Notes: a model not told the origin generated them from the letters alone. 64,000 nucleotides of DNA from Candidatus Bathyarchaeota archaeon (GCA_052246995.1 JBQPWD010000005.1:1-64000), one strand, 5' to 3'. Shown: positions 30,742 through 39,999, numbered from the stretch's first letter. A program made the numbers and translations.

Positions 30742-30853
30742 TTCTTATCCCGTGTAGACAAATTTTCTCGGTACATTTAATTTACAACGCAAATATATAT
30801 GTTTTACTTTTTCTATGTAAGCTTTACCATGCATGTTGATACATCTTACAATC

Positions 30854-32350
30854 TCACCATATATAGCTTGTTTCTTCTTTCTCGTAGAAGGTTTCAATTT
30901 TTAGCCTAACCTTGTTGATTGCAAATCTGCCTGTTAAATTGTCGCATCCTGTCCATGGTGGCATGGATATGGCGAAGGCTATACGTTTCATGCAACCGTA
31001 GGTTTGGCTGTAAGTGATTTGTCCCGCCGCTCCTGATGTATAGGCTAGAGGGTTGGCTGTTTGTCCTCGTAAACCTGAACACCATCCTGTAAAATGCTTG
31101 TTCCAATAGCCTGTGCCGTAGGCTTTGTAAACTGTTGTTCCATCCAGGAATGTTAATGAAGGCCTGTTTGTGTCGTCATCGTTTGGTGGGACGTTCCAGC
31201 ATTCAGGGTTTCCACCATGGCTACACCAGCCATAGCCTTGTGGTTGGCTTTTATATCCTACATTTGGCACATAACTGTAAATGTTCCCCCCTGATTGTGA
31301 AAAATACCAAGGTTTTTTAATGTTGTCTGGTGTTTGGACTTCCAGTTTTGTCCAATGTCCAAAGTCAAACCCTCCACGGTCAAGGTAGTAGACACCTGAA
31401 CCCGTGTAGAAGTAGATAAGCATGATGTAAAGGCTTGTATAGTTGAATGTTCCCCCTTTCCCGTCTGGGTTTCGTAAAGGTAAAACTATTCTACGCCAAC
31501 CAACCCAATTATCGTATGTTGTCCAGGCAATCCAAACAAGTGAACCATCATGGAGTACAACATCTATTTGTGTACCACTATTTTGGCCATAGAACCAGAA
31601 AGCTAAATAATCATAGCTTGAAATGTCAATTGTAGGTGAAAACTCTTTACGAATGGATGGACGGTAATATGTCCCATTTTCATCCAACACAATTTTTAAA
31701 CAGTTGCTTCCACGCATCAACGGGTTTGTTACATTTGTTATACTTGCGATTCTCCTGTTTCCTGTACCGCTTCCGCTTATACTCCAAAAACTTGTTTGGT
31801 TATCATCAAATAGAGTATAGAAGTTTTCTGATTCTTCTTTTTCGTTTACAAGTATAAGTTCCCATGAAAACTTTTTACTTGTACGGTCGACAACAAAGTT
31901 ATACCTGCCATGTGTAGGGTAGATTTCTCTAGCCTTGTTTTGGTAGTCTAAATCTGTTAAATAGACGTTTTCACCTTCAAGTATGCTTGTTGTACCCCAG
32001 AAAGGCAGTTCAGACAGTTCAAGCCTATACCTGGTAAACTTTTCCCCTGATTCACTTGGAATCTCCAAGTTTGTAATTTTTCCTGCAACCGTAAAGCTGC
32101 TTGTTTCCAGGATAACGGTTTTTTGGCTTTGATATAGGTTTAAAAGTTTCTGTATGTTCTCATTTACATTTTGACTTATCAAGCCTTCAATTGTGTAAAG
32201 CGTTTCAGCCGTGCCTAAAGGCTGTAAAACTGTATGTCTAAAGGGTATTTGATGTCTAGCGTAGGTTTTAACTGGTTTTCTGGTTATTCTGGTTACGTTG
32301 CCTATGTTTAAAAGGTCTATTACGTTTTCATCTAGGCCTATTTTAACCAT
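30854..32350 (-). CDS. Distal-tail/receptor-binding protein with a carbohydrate-binding-like insert
   Basis: Last tail gene; N-terminal tail-tip-like beta region; DISSYDYLAFWFYG...WVGWRRIVLPL resembles a CBM11/galactose-binding fold. Confidence 0.6.
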   Translation of the reverse strand: MVKIGLDENVIDLLNIGNVTRITRKPVKTYARHQIPFRHTVLQPLGTAETLYTIEGLISQNVNENIQKLLNLYQSQKTVILETSSFTVAGKITNLEIPSESGEKFTRYRLELSELPFWGTTSILEGENVYLTDLDYQNKAREIYPTHGRYNFVVDRTSKKFSWELILVNEKEESENFYTLFDDNQTSFWSISGSGTGNRRIASITNVTNPLMRGSNCLKIVLDENGTYYRPSIRKEFSPTIDISSYDYLAFWFYGQNSGTQIDVVLHDGSLVWIAWTTYDNWVGWRRIVLPLRNPDGKGGTFNYTSLYIMLIYFYTGSGVYYLDRGGFDFGHWTKLEVQTPDNIKKPWYFSQSGGNIYSYVPNVGYKSQPQGYGWCSHGGNPECWNVPPNDDDTNRPSLTFLDGTTVYKAYGTGYWNKHFTGWCSGLRGQTANPLAYTSGAAGQITYSQTYGCMKRIAFAISMPPWTGCDNLTGRFAINKVRLKIETFYEKEETSYIW

Positions 32351-34149
32351 TCCTCAATCACCCTGATTTTTAAAACCTCATCCAAAATTGTTTCAGGTTT
32401 ATCTCCAAGGGTTATACTCCAAACTTCCCCACCAGAGTCAAGGTTTATTGATATTTTCTGAACCTGGTAAGCCTTGTTTAAGCCTATTTTTCCACATTTA
32501 ACCGTAATTTTATCTCCAACCTGGAAAATTTTGGTTGGGATAATTGTCAAGGTAACTGTTTCCCTTGGGTTTTTATACAGGTTTAAAAGGTTTAAGGCTA
32601 GGGTTGAAGCCATACCTACATCTGTTATGTTCTTGTCAACCTTCACACTTTCCCTAACCCCATATGAAGCTTGACCTGGAAGGTCTTCGGCTAAAGCCTC
32701 AATTCTACTTTCTCCTACAACTTCCCCTATCACTTTAACCTTGTTGACAATTTTTAAACCGTCTAAGGCTAGAGTAGGATTAAAATAGTCTTTTTCAGCA
32801 TCTAAAACCACACTTGAACTTAAATCTTGCCCCCTAGTTTTCTTAAAATGCAGCCTTCCATCAACGTCAACCCAAAACTTTCCGTCAACTAGACTGGCCA
32901 ACCTTTTTAAAGCTTCAAAAACAACTTCAAAATCAACTTCAAACTTGGTTACCAGGTCTTGCCTGAAAACTATACGCCAAGCGTGAAGTCTAGGGTAGTT
33001 TGCTTGTGAAGTTTGGAATTTAGCTTTCAGTTTGATTGCTGTTTGAGATATGTTTGTCATGTTGTAGGGTAGTTGACTTGGCAGGATATCCTGCACAACT
33101 ACGTTATTACTTGAATCTAGAATGTCAAATTTTAAGGTTTGATTGTTAAGCGTATAATCAGCCTCCAACCTATCCCAACAAATGAAGTTTGACGGCTGGA
33201 TTAGGCTGGAAGCCATATCTCCAGTTAAAGGTTGATATCTAACTTTTACACCTAAATCGTTGTTTGGTGCATCTGTCCATGTCTGACCAGAGTTATCTGA
33301 GTAGTGTCTCATACCGTAATCGTAAACACTTATAGGTGTACGTGGAGTATAAAGTGGGTTGCTTGATGATGCGTCAGGTGACCAGAAAATTACATATCTG
33401 GTTGTGTTTGCTGAAACGTAAACTGGATTTTCGAATTCAAATGTCTGCCAAATACTATACTTGACAAATTTTGTTGTTGAAGCTAAAATGTTACCTGTTA
33501 AACCATCCCTAAGCTGCACGGTAACATTATGTCCATAAGTAGAACTAAAAAATATGTTAAAACCATAGATATAGCCGTTTTCAGGAAGTTGAAAACTTTG
33601 AGCTTCTCTTCGTGTTGAACTTGTAATATCCATACCTGGATTCTCTGAATCATAGATAACATGCAACTTCTCGTTTGTTAAGCTTACATAGGCAGTTATA
33701 CCTGAACCGTAAACCTTAGTCTGGTTAAAAGTGTTAGGAGAGAATTCCGTATCTGTTTCCTGAACCCAGCGGGCGTAAACTGGAAAAGGATCCTGCACGG
33801 TTCCAAGTGTCAGGTCTGTTAGGCTTACCAGGTCTTGAACAATTTCTTTAACCTTCTTGTTTTCATAGGTTTTTTTGCCTGTAATTTTCCAGAAAAGTTT
33901 TTGGCTTAAATCTCTACCTGAAACAGTTAAAACCAGACCTTGACCTGTAAGTTTTAAAGTTTTCTTTTCTACCAGTCCCGTGAAAATCTTTAAACCATTC
34001 CTGTAAACTTCAACCTGGTCGCCTATGTTTATGTTTTCCAGGCTTGGAATGGAGATTTCAAAACTCTCGGGAGGGTAAAGTTCAAAATCAAGCCTTAAAC
34101 CTGTAAAAGGATGTTTTCTTTCAGCAATTTTAACTTCAAAAAAAGACAT
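32338..34149 (-). CDS. Baseplate hub/tail-tip protein with inserted beta-sandwich domain
   Basis: GDQVEVY..IFTG.V, GRDLS..L, FWVDVDGRLHF, NKVKVIG, YGVRE, GDKITV; follows the tape measure gene. Confidence 0.7.
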   Translation of the reverse strand: MSFFEVKIAERKHPFTGLRLDFELYPPESFEISIPSLENINIGDQVEVYRNGLKIFTGLVEKKTLKLTGQGLVLTVSGRDLSQKLFWKITGKKTYENKKVKEIVQDLVSLTDLTLGTVQDPFPVYARWVQETDTEFSPNTFNQTKVYGSGITAYVSLTNEKLHVIYDSENPGMDITSSTRREAQSFQLPENGYIYGFNIFFSSTYGHNVTVQLRDGLTGNILASTTKFVKYSIWQTFEFENPVYVSANTTRYVIFWSPDASSSNPLYTPRTPISVYDYGMRHYSDNSGQTWTDAPNNDLGVKVRYQPLTGDMASSLIQPSNFICWDRLEADYTLNNQTLKFDILDSSNNVVVQDILPSQLPYNMTNISQTAIKLKAKFQTSQANYPRLHAWRIVFRQDLVTKFEVDFEVVFEALKRLASLVDGKFWVDVDGRLHFKKTRGQDLSSSVVLDAEKDYFNPTLALDGLKIVNKVKVIGEVVGESRIEALAEDLPGQASYGVRESVKVDKNITDVGMASTLALNLLNLYKNPRETVTLTIIPTKIFQVGDKITVKCGKIGLNKAYQVQKISINLDSGGEVWSITLGDKPETILDEVLKIRVIEEWLK

Positions 34150-34152
34150 TTA

Positions 34153-35466
34153 CTATAATCCACCCTTCTTTTTCTCTATTTCATCGCCAAGTGTTTCCGC
34201 AAGCCGTATAATGTCAATCTCGCTTGAAACATTTTCAATATTCACGTTAATTTCCATAGGGTTTTCCCTGGTAACCGTTACACCTACCATCCGTCTAACC
34301 AGCTCATCCCAATAACCTAAGGTTTCAGGAGGCTTAACGGCTTCAACTGTTGCCACGTTTTTTTGAGTTATAAGCCTTCTAGTCATCTCATCCAGGTAGC
34401 CTAAAGTTTCACCAACATCTTTAGCCGTCTGTTTTTGCCCTAACATTCTCCTTCCAAGTTCATCCATCTTAAGCATGGCTTCAGTTGTAGCCTTGTTTAA
34501 GCCTTCCAAGGAAGTTTTAACGCTGGTAACAGATTCAACCACTTTTCTATTGGATTCCTCAATGCTTTTATTGTAGCCTAAAATGTTTTCTTTCAAAGTT
34601 TTCCAAGCATTATCAAGTCCAGGTAGGAGTGTTTTGGCAACAATGAAAAGGGGATTGTTTTCAACCCACCATAACAGCTTATCAGCCAACCAGGATAAAG
34701 CTCCCCATATCTGGTTACCAAGCCATTCAAAACCGTTTTTAATAGCCTCTAGTCCAGGTTTGATATGGTTTTCATAAATCCCTCCGAAAAACTGGCAAAA
34801 ACCTTCAACCTTCTCCCTAATCCCGCCCCAATTATTTGCCCAAGCTAATGCAAAAACACCTATGGCTGCAGTTAAAGCCATCAAAATTAGACCTATAGGT
34901 CCAAGGCTAACCATAAAACCTTGAATGGCAACTCCCGCAGCCTTGGTTGCAGGTATAAACGTGGCAATCTTAGCCATGCTTAAATTTTGAATTGCTGAGG
35001 TAACCAGGGGGACGGTTGATAAAGCCATTTGGATATATGCCTTGTTAACCTCTTCCTGTGCATTTTTCAACTGGTCTGAGGCTACTTGAACTCTAAGTTC
35101 CGCAGCCTGTAACTGTTCAAGTGTTAACCTATATTCTTCACTTCCTTCTTTACCCTGTTCAACCAGTTTATTCAGCTTTTCCTGTAGGTTGGCTACTTGA
35201 ACCCTAGCCTTGATTAAGGTGGCTTCAGCGGATGCAACCCTGGTTTGAGCGTCCCCTATACGGTCGTAGGCGTTGTAAAGATTCATGGCTGAGCTTACCA
35301 TGTTAGCCATGCTTGTAACAGCTTTTGCAGCCTGCTCCCTGGTAACCGTGAAAGTTTTTTCGGCTTGTTGTTCAAGTCCTTGAAGGTTTTGCCTAGCCTG
35401 GTCTAACCCTTCCTTAGTCTGGTCATAAGCCTTTAAATAAATAGCCACATCTACAGGTGTGGACAT
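34153..35466 (-). CDS. Tail tape measure protein (short, 437 aa)
   Basis: A.D.T N-terminus, Ala/Gln-rich helices, GPIGLILMAL..AWANNWGGIRE TM motif, Trp periodicity, INVNI C-terminus; follows the chaperone pair. Confidence 0.85.
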   Translation of the reverse strand: MSTPVDVAIYLKAYDQTKEGLDQARQNLQGLEQQAEKTFTVTREQAAKAVTSMANMVSSAMNLYNAYDRIGDAQTRVASAEATLIKARVQVANLQEKLNKLVEQGKEGSEEYRLTLEQLQAAELRVQVASDQLKNAQEEVNKAYIQMALSTVPLVTSAIQNLSMAKIATFIPATKAAGVAIQGFMVSLGPIGLILMALTAAIGVFALAWANNWGGIREKVEGFCQFFGGIYENHIKPGLEAIKNGFEWLGNQIWGALSWLADKLLWWVENNPLFIVAKTLLPGLDNAWKTLKENILGYNKSIEESNRKVVESVTSVKTSLEGLNKATTEAMLKMDELGRRMLGQKQTAKDVGETLGYLDEMTRRLITQKNVATVEAVKPPETLGYWDELVRRMVGVTVTRENPMEINVNIENVSSEIDIIRLAETLGDEIEKKKGGL

Positions 35467-35529
35467 GGAAAAACACTTTTCAAAATTTTTTTATAAAAAA
35501 CTAAGAGTAAAAACGCAGAAAATTGTAAA

Positions 35530-35742
35530 TTAAACTATTAACCCTAATTCTCGCCTTTTTAACCTAATTTGGTCTGAAAGGTGTAAGCTTAAAGCCTCTT
35601 TTTCCTCTTCAAAAGTTTCGCTTAGAAGTTTTAAATCCCAAGTTAAAAATTCAATAGGCCTATCCAGGAAAAAGCTTGGTGGAAGATTATAGTTTTTAGC
35701 TAGAATTTTAAATGTCTTTTTCAGGTTTAACAGGATTTCCAA
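35530..35742 (-). CDS. Tail assembly chaperone, downstream frame (gpT-like, probably reached by frameshift)
   Basis: Overlaps the upstream ORF in the +1 frame; LAKNYNLPPS..L..P motif; directly before the tape measure gene. Confidence 0.6.
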   Translation of the reverse strand: MEILLNLKKTFKILAKNYNLPPSFFLDRPIEFLTWDLKLLSETFEEEKEALSLHLSDQIRLKRRELGLIV

Positions 35743-36079
35743 AGGCTGGTTGCCGAAAAAAGCTTAACTTTTCAACTATAGCCTGGAAAATTACCGCTCT
35801 ATCCTCCTCAAAAATCTCGTCAAACCCTATTTCACTTGGAATTTTAGGTTCTAAAACATATTCCTGGAAAAGTTCTTTCATCAATTCTCTAACCCTTTTA
35901 GCCAGCTCTAAAGTTTCAAGTTCATAAGGCTTTTCCAAACCATGTTTCCTTGAAAGCTCCAAAAAGGGGATTGAATCAGTTAAAACCCTAACCTTCACGG
36001 TTAAACCGTTAGGTGTATTCACAATTTTAACAGTTTTACGTCTATAATCCTCCAGAAAAACTTTCTTGGCTTTAACCAT
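35708..36079 (-). CDS. Tail assembly chaperone (gpG-like)
   Basis: Between tail tube and tape measure genes; VKVRVL, VLEPK; slippery TTT TTT CGG near the end. Confidence 0.65.
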   Translation of the reverse strand: MVKAKKVFLEDYRRKTVKIVNTPNGLTVKVRVLTDSIPFLELSRKHGLEKPYELETLELAKRVRELMKELFQEYVLEPKIPSEIGFDEIFEEDRAVIFQAIVEKLSFFRQPAFGNPVKPEKDI

Positions 36080-36124
36080 AAAAACACCACCTTTTTCAGC
36101 CTAGGTTTTTAGGATTTTTACTGT

Positions 36125-36602
36125 TTATTTTTGGTCAAGTTGATGTTGTTTACGGTATGCTGGTTTTCTTCCCTTAGCTTTGCAGTATTCTTCGTATGCT
36201 TGTCTGCTTAAGCTGTCAGCTTCCTTGTTTTGTTCTCTTGGAATCCATACAAAGAAAATGTTGGAAAAATGTTGAGTAAGCTTAACTGCCTCAACATAGT
36301 ATGGGTAGTATAAGCCTTCATATGCCTTCCACAACCTGTTCATCTGGTTGACAAGAAGTTGACTGTCTGAGAATATGACAACTTTTTCATTATGCCAACC
36401 ATGTTTAACCAGCTTTTTTAACGCCTTAACTAAGGCTGAATATTCTGCAACATTGTTACTCATTTCAGCACCCTCGCCTACAACACCCTTACCAGTAAAC
36501 AGTTTAACGTTATGCTTGTAAACAACAAAACCCCAACATGCAACTCCTCCAGGATTGACTGGTTCACTAGCAAAGCCCATCAATGTAGACTATGATGGGC
36601 AT
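36125..36602 (-). pseudogene. rnhA: Archaeal-type ribonuclease HI with a 4-nt insertion
   Basis: GGAGGTGGTGA SD, then MPIIVYIDGLC[TAGT]EPVNPGGVA..SNNVAEY..SDSQLLVNQM..WIPREQNKEADSLS; removing 4 nt restores one 157-aa frame. Confidence 0.85.
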
Positions 36603-36658
36603 TGTTTCACCACCTCCATTTTTCTGGTAAGGAAAAACTGTAAAGGGGAAAATGGTTG

Positions 36659-37390
36659 TTAAAACCATTTTTCAATCTTTCCTTGGCTTTTTTCCGTTAA
36701 AAATGGGGATAGTTCTTTTTTTATGAAGTAGTTTACTCCATGTTTATCCATAAACTCAACCAGTTTTGGCAACTCAGTTTTATAGTATTCTGGATGTAGC
36801 GGCCTGAGTTTGTAGTTGTGTGAACCTACAATCCACCAGTCAACTGTATCCATCAGTTTTTCAACTATGATTATAGGGTTGGTGTAGTCTTTAAGCCAAG
36901 GTTCAAGGGATATAAAGGTTTTAATACCTAAGTTTTTAGCCTTTTTTAAAGCTTGAATTCTCAATTCAGGCGGAGGGGCGTAGGGTTCATAAGGGTTTTT
37001 TGTCAAGCTTACAATTGTAAACCCAACCTGGACGTTTTTATACTGCAATATTAAGTCGTAGTCTTTTTCAACAAGGTTTGACTTTGTTAAAATTAAAATT
37101 TCATGTTTAGACTGTAAAAGCCTTTCAAGCCAAAACCTTGTTTGCCTTAAAATCCAGTCTACAGCCTGGTAGGCATCACCTATATCTTCAAAAAAAACTT
37201 TACCTTTAGGTTGTTTAACAAGCCCCCTAAACCTTTCCTCATTATTTTTTAACAGTTTAGGGTTTTTCCAGTCATCAGTCCACCTTACCTGCCTATTCAT
37301 GTCTTTAGCGTAACAGTAAAGGCAGTCATGAATACATCCAGCAAAAAAGTTGAAAACATAGTTACACCAGTCTACACCTGAAAGCCTCAA
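36659..37390 (-). CDS. Radical SAM protein, DUF5131 (phage Gp37/Gp68)/SPL-like
   Basis: NFFAGCIHDCLYCYA (CxxxCxxC), ILTK, FISLEP, DWWIVGS. Confidence 0.75.
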   Translation of the reverse strand: MRLSGVDWCNYVFNFFAGCIHDCLYCYAKDMNRQVRWTDDWKNPKLLKNNEERFRGLVKQPKGKVFFEDIGDAYQAVDWILRQTRFWLERLLQSKHEILILTKSNLVEKDYDLILQYKNVQVGFTIVSLTKNPYEPYAPPPELRIQALKKAKNLGIKTFISLEPWLKDYTNPIIIVEKLMDTVDWWIVGSHNYKLRPLHPEYYKTELPKLVEFMDKHGVNYFIKKELSPFLTEKSQGKIEKWF

Positions 37391-37433
37391 AAACCATCAA
37401 AAAACTTGGCAAACAATTAAAATTTAAACTTTG

Positions 37434-38336
37434 CTAGTAGCTTGAAATGTTATTCTTCAGCTTTAAGGCAACCTCGTATTGGCTGGTTGAATCGTAGAGG
37501 ACAAGCATGGGTGCAGTTATCCTTAAAGGTTCATTACGGTCTATATGGGGTGCTGCGTCGCTCCTGATAACCATTTTTGGCAGGTGAATTTCAAACTCAT
37601 AGGTGCCTTTAGTGAATTTTAAGCTTAGTGAAACCTCGTTTCCAGCTAAGAATTTATCATATTCGCTTGTATCTGGAAAAGCCATTTCCAACTCAGCCTC
37701 AACAGTCCTACCACGTACAACCATGGTTGTAGGTGTATTATCGCTAAAACCGTATAGTTCATCTTCAGGAATGTTGTTGTTTATTGTCAGCCTTAAGGCT
37801 TTGAGATACTTGGACCTGTCTATACCAGCCAGGGTTAAAACTCCTTCCTTGAAAACGAATGGTGCTAATGTTGAAATTGTAGGTGTATAGTTTGAAGTGT
37901 CCTTTTCCTCTTTTTTGGCTATGATGTCTATGCCTCCCGTGACAATGTCTAAGGCTGTTTCAATTGTAAGCCTGTTTATCAGGCAGCCTGTTATTCTTCT
38001 CTGGACTGTTTCGCTTTTAACAATCATGCTGAAGCTTTTAATCGTGTCTGCACCTTTAAAGGTGTGTTGATATGGTCCTGTACCTGTGGTTGTAACCGAA
38101 CCTAAAGCCCACTTAAAAAATTGGCCGACATTTTCAGGTTCAACTGTAAAATCTATGCTTCCAGTAACCCTGCTCCTTCCTTCAACATACTTTCTAATAT
38201 CCCTGGAATAGACTGTTTCAACTGGTATATAGCCCTTGTCAAAGCTAACCCTTTCCCGTAGAATGTCTACGTATCTGCTTGGGGATACAAATGTTCCATA
38301 GCTTGTTTCCTCAGCTACACCTATCCATCTAGACAT
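37434..38336 (-). CDS. Major tail tube protein
   Basis: IGVAEETSYGT N-terminus, GSIDF, HTF, GCLINRLTI, LTINNN; position. Confidence 0.85.
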   Translation of the reverse strand: MSRWIGVAEETSYGTFVSPSRYVDILRERVSFDKGYIPVETVYSRDIRKYVEGRSRVTGSIDFTVEPENVGQFFKWALGSVTTTGTGPYQHTFKGADTIKSFSMIVKSETVQRRITGCLINRLTIETALDIVTGGIDIIAKKEEKDTSNYTPTISTLAPFVFKEGVLTLAGIDRSKYLKALRLTINNNIPEDELYGFSDNTPTTMVVRGRTVEAELEMAFPDTSEYDKFLAGNEVSLSLKFTKGTYEFEIHLPKMVIRSDAAPHIDRNEPLRITAPMLVLYDSTSQYEVALKLKNNISSY

Positions 38337-38339
38337 TTT

Positions 38340-38594
38340 TTACTTTACCACCTCCTCCAAGTTTTGGTTTTCAAGTTCACGTTTAAGCTGTGTAAGTTTC
38401 ACTTCCGCCCTTCTCATGGCAACCTGTTTTTTAATGTTTTTTACAATATCCTCTTTTTCCACGTCAACAGGAAAAGCTAGGCTGGATTTTTCAACATTTC
38501 CACCTGCCAAGTCATAGCTAAAGTTTACAACTATTTGCATGTTTTCCATGTCAAAATCTACACTTTCAACTTTAATCATTTTTCTTTTTTCCAC
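38340..38594 (-). CDS. Hypothetical viral protein
   Basis: Fills the gap in the tail operon; GGAGGTG SD. Confidence 0.6.
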   Translation of the reverse strand: MEKRKMIKVESVDFDMENMQIVVNFSYDLAGGNVEKSSLAFPVDVEKEDIVKNIKKQVAMRRAEVKLTQLKRELENQNLEEVVK

Positions 38595-38600
38595 CTCCTT

Positions 38601-39011
38601 CTAAACTGTTTTTAAAGCTGTAACTGTAACTAAAGCTCCCACAATAATTCCACCCTTCTCCAACCCTCCCGCTTCACTTGATATTTCGCTTACATAGGCA
38701 TAATCAACAAGACCGTCAAGGCTGAGGTTTTCAGTTAAAACCTGGTCAACCCTTTCAACCATACTTAGAACATTTATTTCAGCCTCATCTTCACGCATTT
38801 TCGCATCCACAACAAGAATTTCGAAAAACATTTCATATCTTTCCTTAAGTGTTGTTTCACTTGTAACCCTACACCCTCTAAACTTTACACCAATATAAGG
38901 GAAAACTTGAGGTTCAACTGGAAAACCAAAATACCATTTCCTAACCTTAGCTGCAAGTTCTTCATCATTTTTCAATAAATCTAAAATTTTGTTTATGATT
39001 TCCTCAAACAT
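38601..39011 (-). CDS. Tail terminator/completion protein
   Basis: Acidic 136 aa, FPYIGV, L..N.SLDGLV; upstream of the tail tube gene. Confidence 0.6.
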   Translation of the reverse strand: MFEEIINKILDLLKNDEELAAKVRKWYFGFPVEPQVFPYIGVKFRGCRVTSETTLKERYEMFFEILVVDAKMREDEAEINVLSMVERVDQVLTENLSLDGLVDYAYVSEISSEAGGLEKGGIIVGALVTVTALKTV

Positions 39012-39096
39012 TTAAAAAAACACTTTAAGGTTAAGCTTAAACTTAAAACCAACCTAAAAAAATAAAAAAGTAAAAACTGGAAAAATGTTAAAACAT

Positions 39097-39225
39097 CTAT
39101 CCCTTTAATGCGTCCCAGCAACTTTTGCAGTAGAATCTAACGTAGTCTTCCATCTCAACCTTAATAAAATCTTTTTTATTGTTAATCACTTTTTGGCAGT
39201 TGTAACAGTAAACTTCGCTGGACAT
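39097..39225 (-). CDS. Zinc-finger microprotein (42 aa), paralog of 39374..39580
   Basis: MSSEVYCYNCQKVINNKKDFIKVEMEDYVRFYCKSCWDALKG*. Confidence 0.75.
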   Translation of the reverse strand: MSSEVYCYNCQKVINNKKDFIKVEMEDYVRFYCKSCWDALKG

Positions 39226-39373
39226 TTACCATTAACCCCCTTTTATCCCTTAAATTTTCCTTCAAAAAGTAATTAAAGCTTACCTTCCAAATGTTCTGTT
39301 TTTAAGCTTAAACAGCCAATTTTCACAAGCTGGAAAGTTTACACATTCCTCATTTTTACAGTAAAAAGTTAAC

Positions 39374-39580
39374 CTATCTGACAACGGTTCTTAACTCTTC
39401 AGTTTTTATGGTTTCACTATACCGAGTTTTAGGTGTTCGAGCATGTAACCGTCTACTTTTTAACATACTCCAACAACTTTTACAGTAAAACTTGATCCTA
39501 CCGTCTACCCTAACCTTAACAACGTCTTCCCTATTGCCAACTACCTTTTGACATTCGTAGCAGTATACTTCGCTGAACAT
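39374..39580 (-). CDS. Zinc-finger small protein
   Basis: CYEC...YCKSCW; GGAGGT SD. Confidence 0.75.
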   Translation of the reverse strand: MFSEVYCYECQKVVGNREDVVKVRVDGRIKFYCKSCWSMLKSRRLHARTPKTRYSETIKTEELRTVVR

Positions 39581-39640
39581 TTAACCATCAACCTCCAAGT
39601 TTTTTAACCATTTTAACAGTTCAACTCTGACATTGTAGTT

Positions 39641-39666
39641 TTTAACTCTAATATATTAGAGTTAAA
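39641..39666. repeat. Perfect 26-bp palindrome
   Basis: TTTAACTCTAATA|TATTAGAGTTAAA. Confidence 0.85.
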
Positions 39667-39789
39667 GCAGGCTTTTAAATTTTCAATAAAATTTATAAAA
39701 AACAACAAATAAATATTAACCCCTTTAAAATGCTTGTTTTTAAGCCTAAACCAGTCTGAAGGTATCAAAATTACGCTTAAAGGTGTAAA

Positions 39790-39996
39790 TCAACCTTGCT
39801 TTTCCAACATTAAATCTAGAATTTTTTTGAAAACGACATCGCTTAACCTTTCAGGTAGACTTTTAACTTTTATACTGTAGTTTTGATATTTTATTTCAGG
39901 TTCTTCTATTTGTATTTTCAACAGGAAAAGGTTGTAAAGCTTTACAGCCTCAAAAATCTTGTTTAAAATCTCCTCTTCTGCCATTTTTTTATTCAC
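39790..39996 (-). CDS. Hypothetical viral protein
   Basis: ORF track; GGAGGTGA SD; tightly packed. Confidence 0.55.
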   Translation of the reverse strand: MNKKMAEEEILNKIFEAVKLYNLFLLKIQIEEPEIKYQNYSIKVKSLPERLSDVVFKKILDLMLEKQG

Positions 39997-39999
39997 CTC

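Noticed and set aside
30854-32350. Diversity-generating retroelement acting on the tail-tip gene
   Set aside because: No reverse transcriptase and no template/variable repeat pair seen
37434-38336. Contractile injection system or tailocin interpretation of the cluster
   Set aside because: No sheath or baseplate wedge genes, and a full head and packaging module is present
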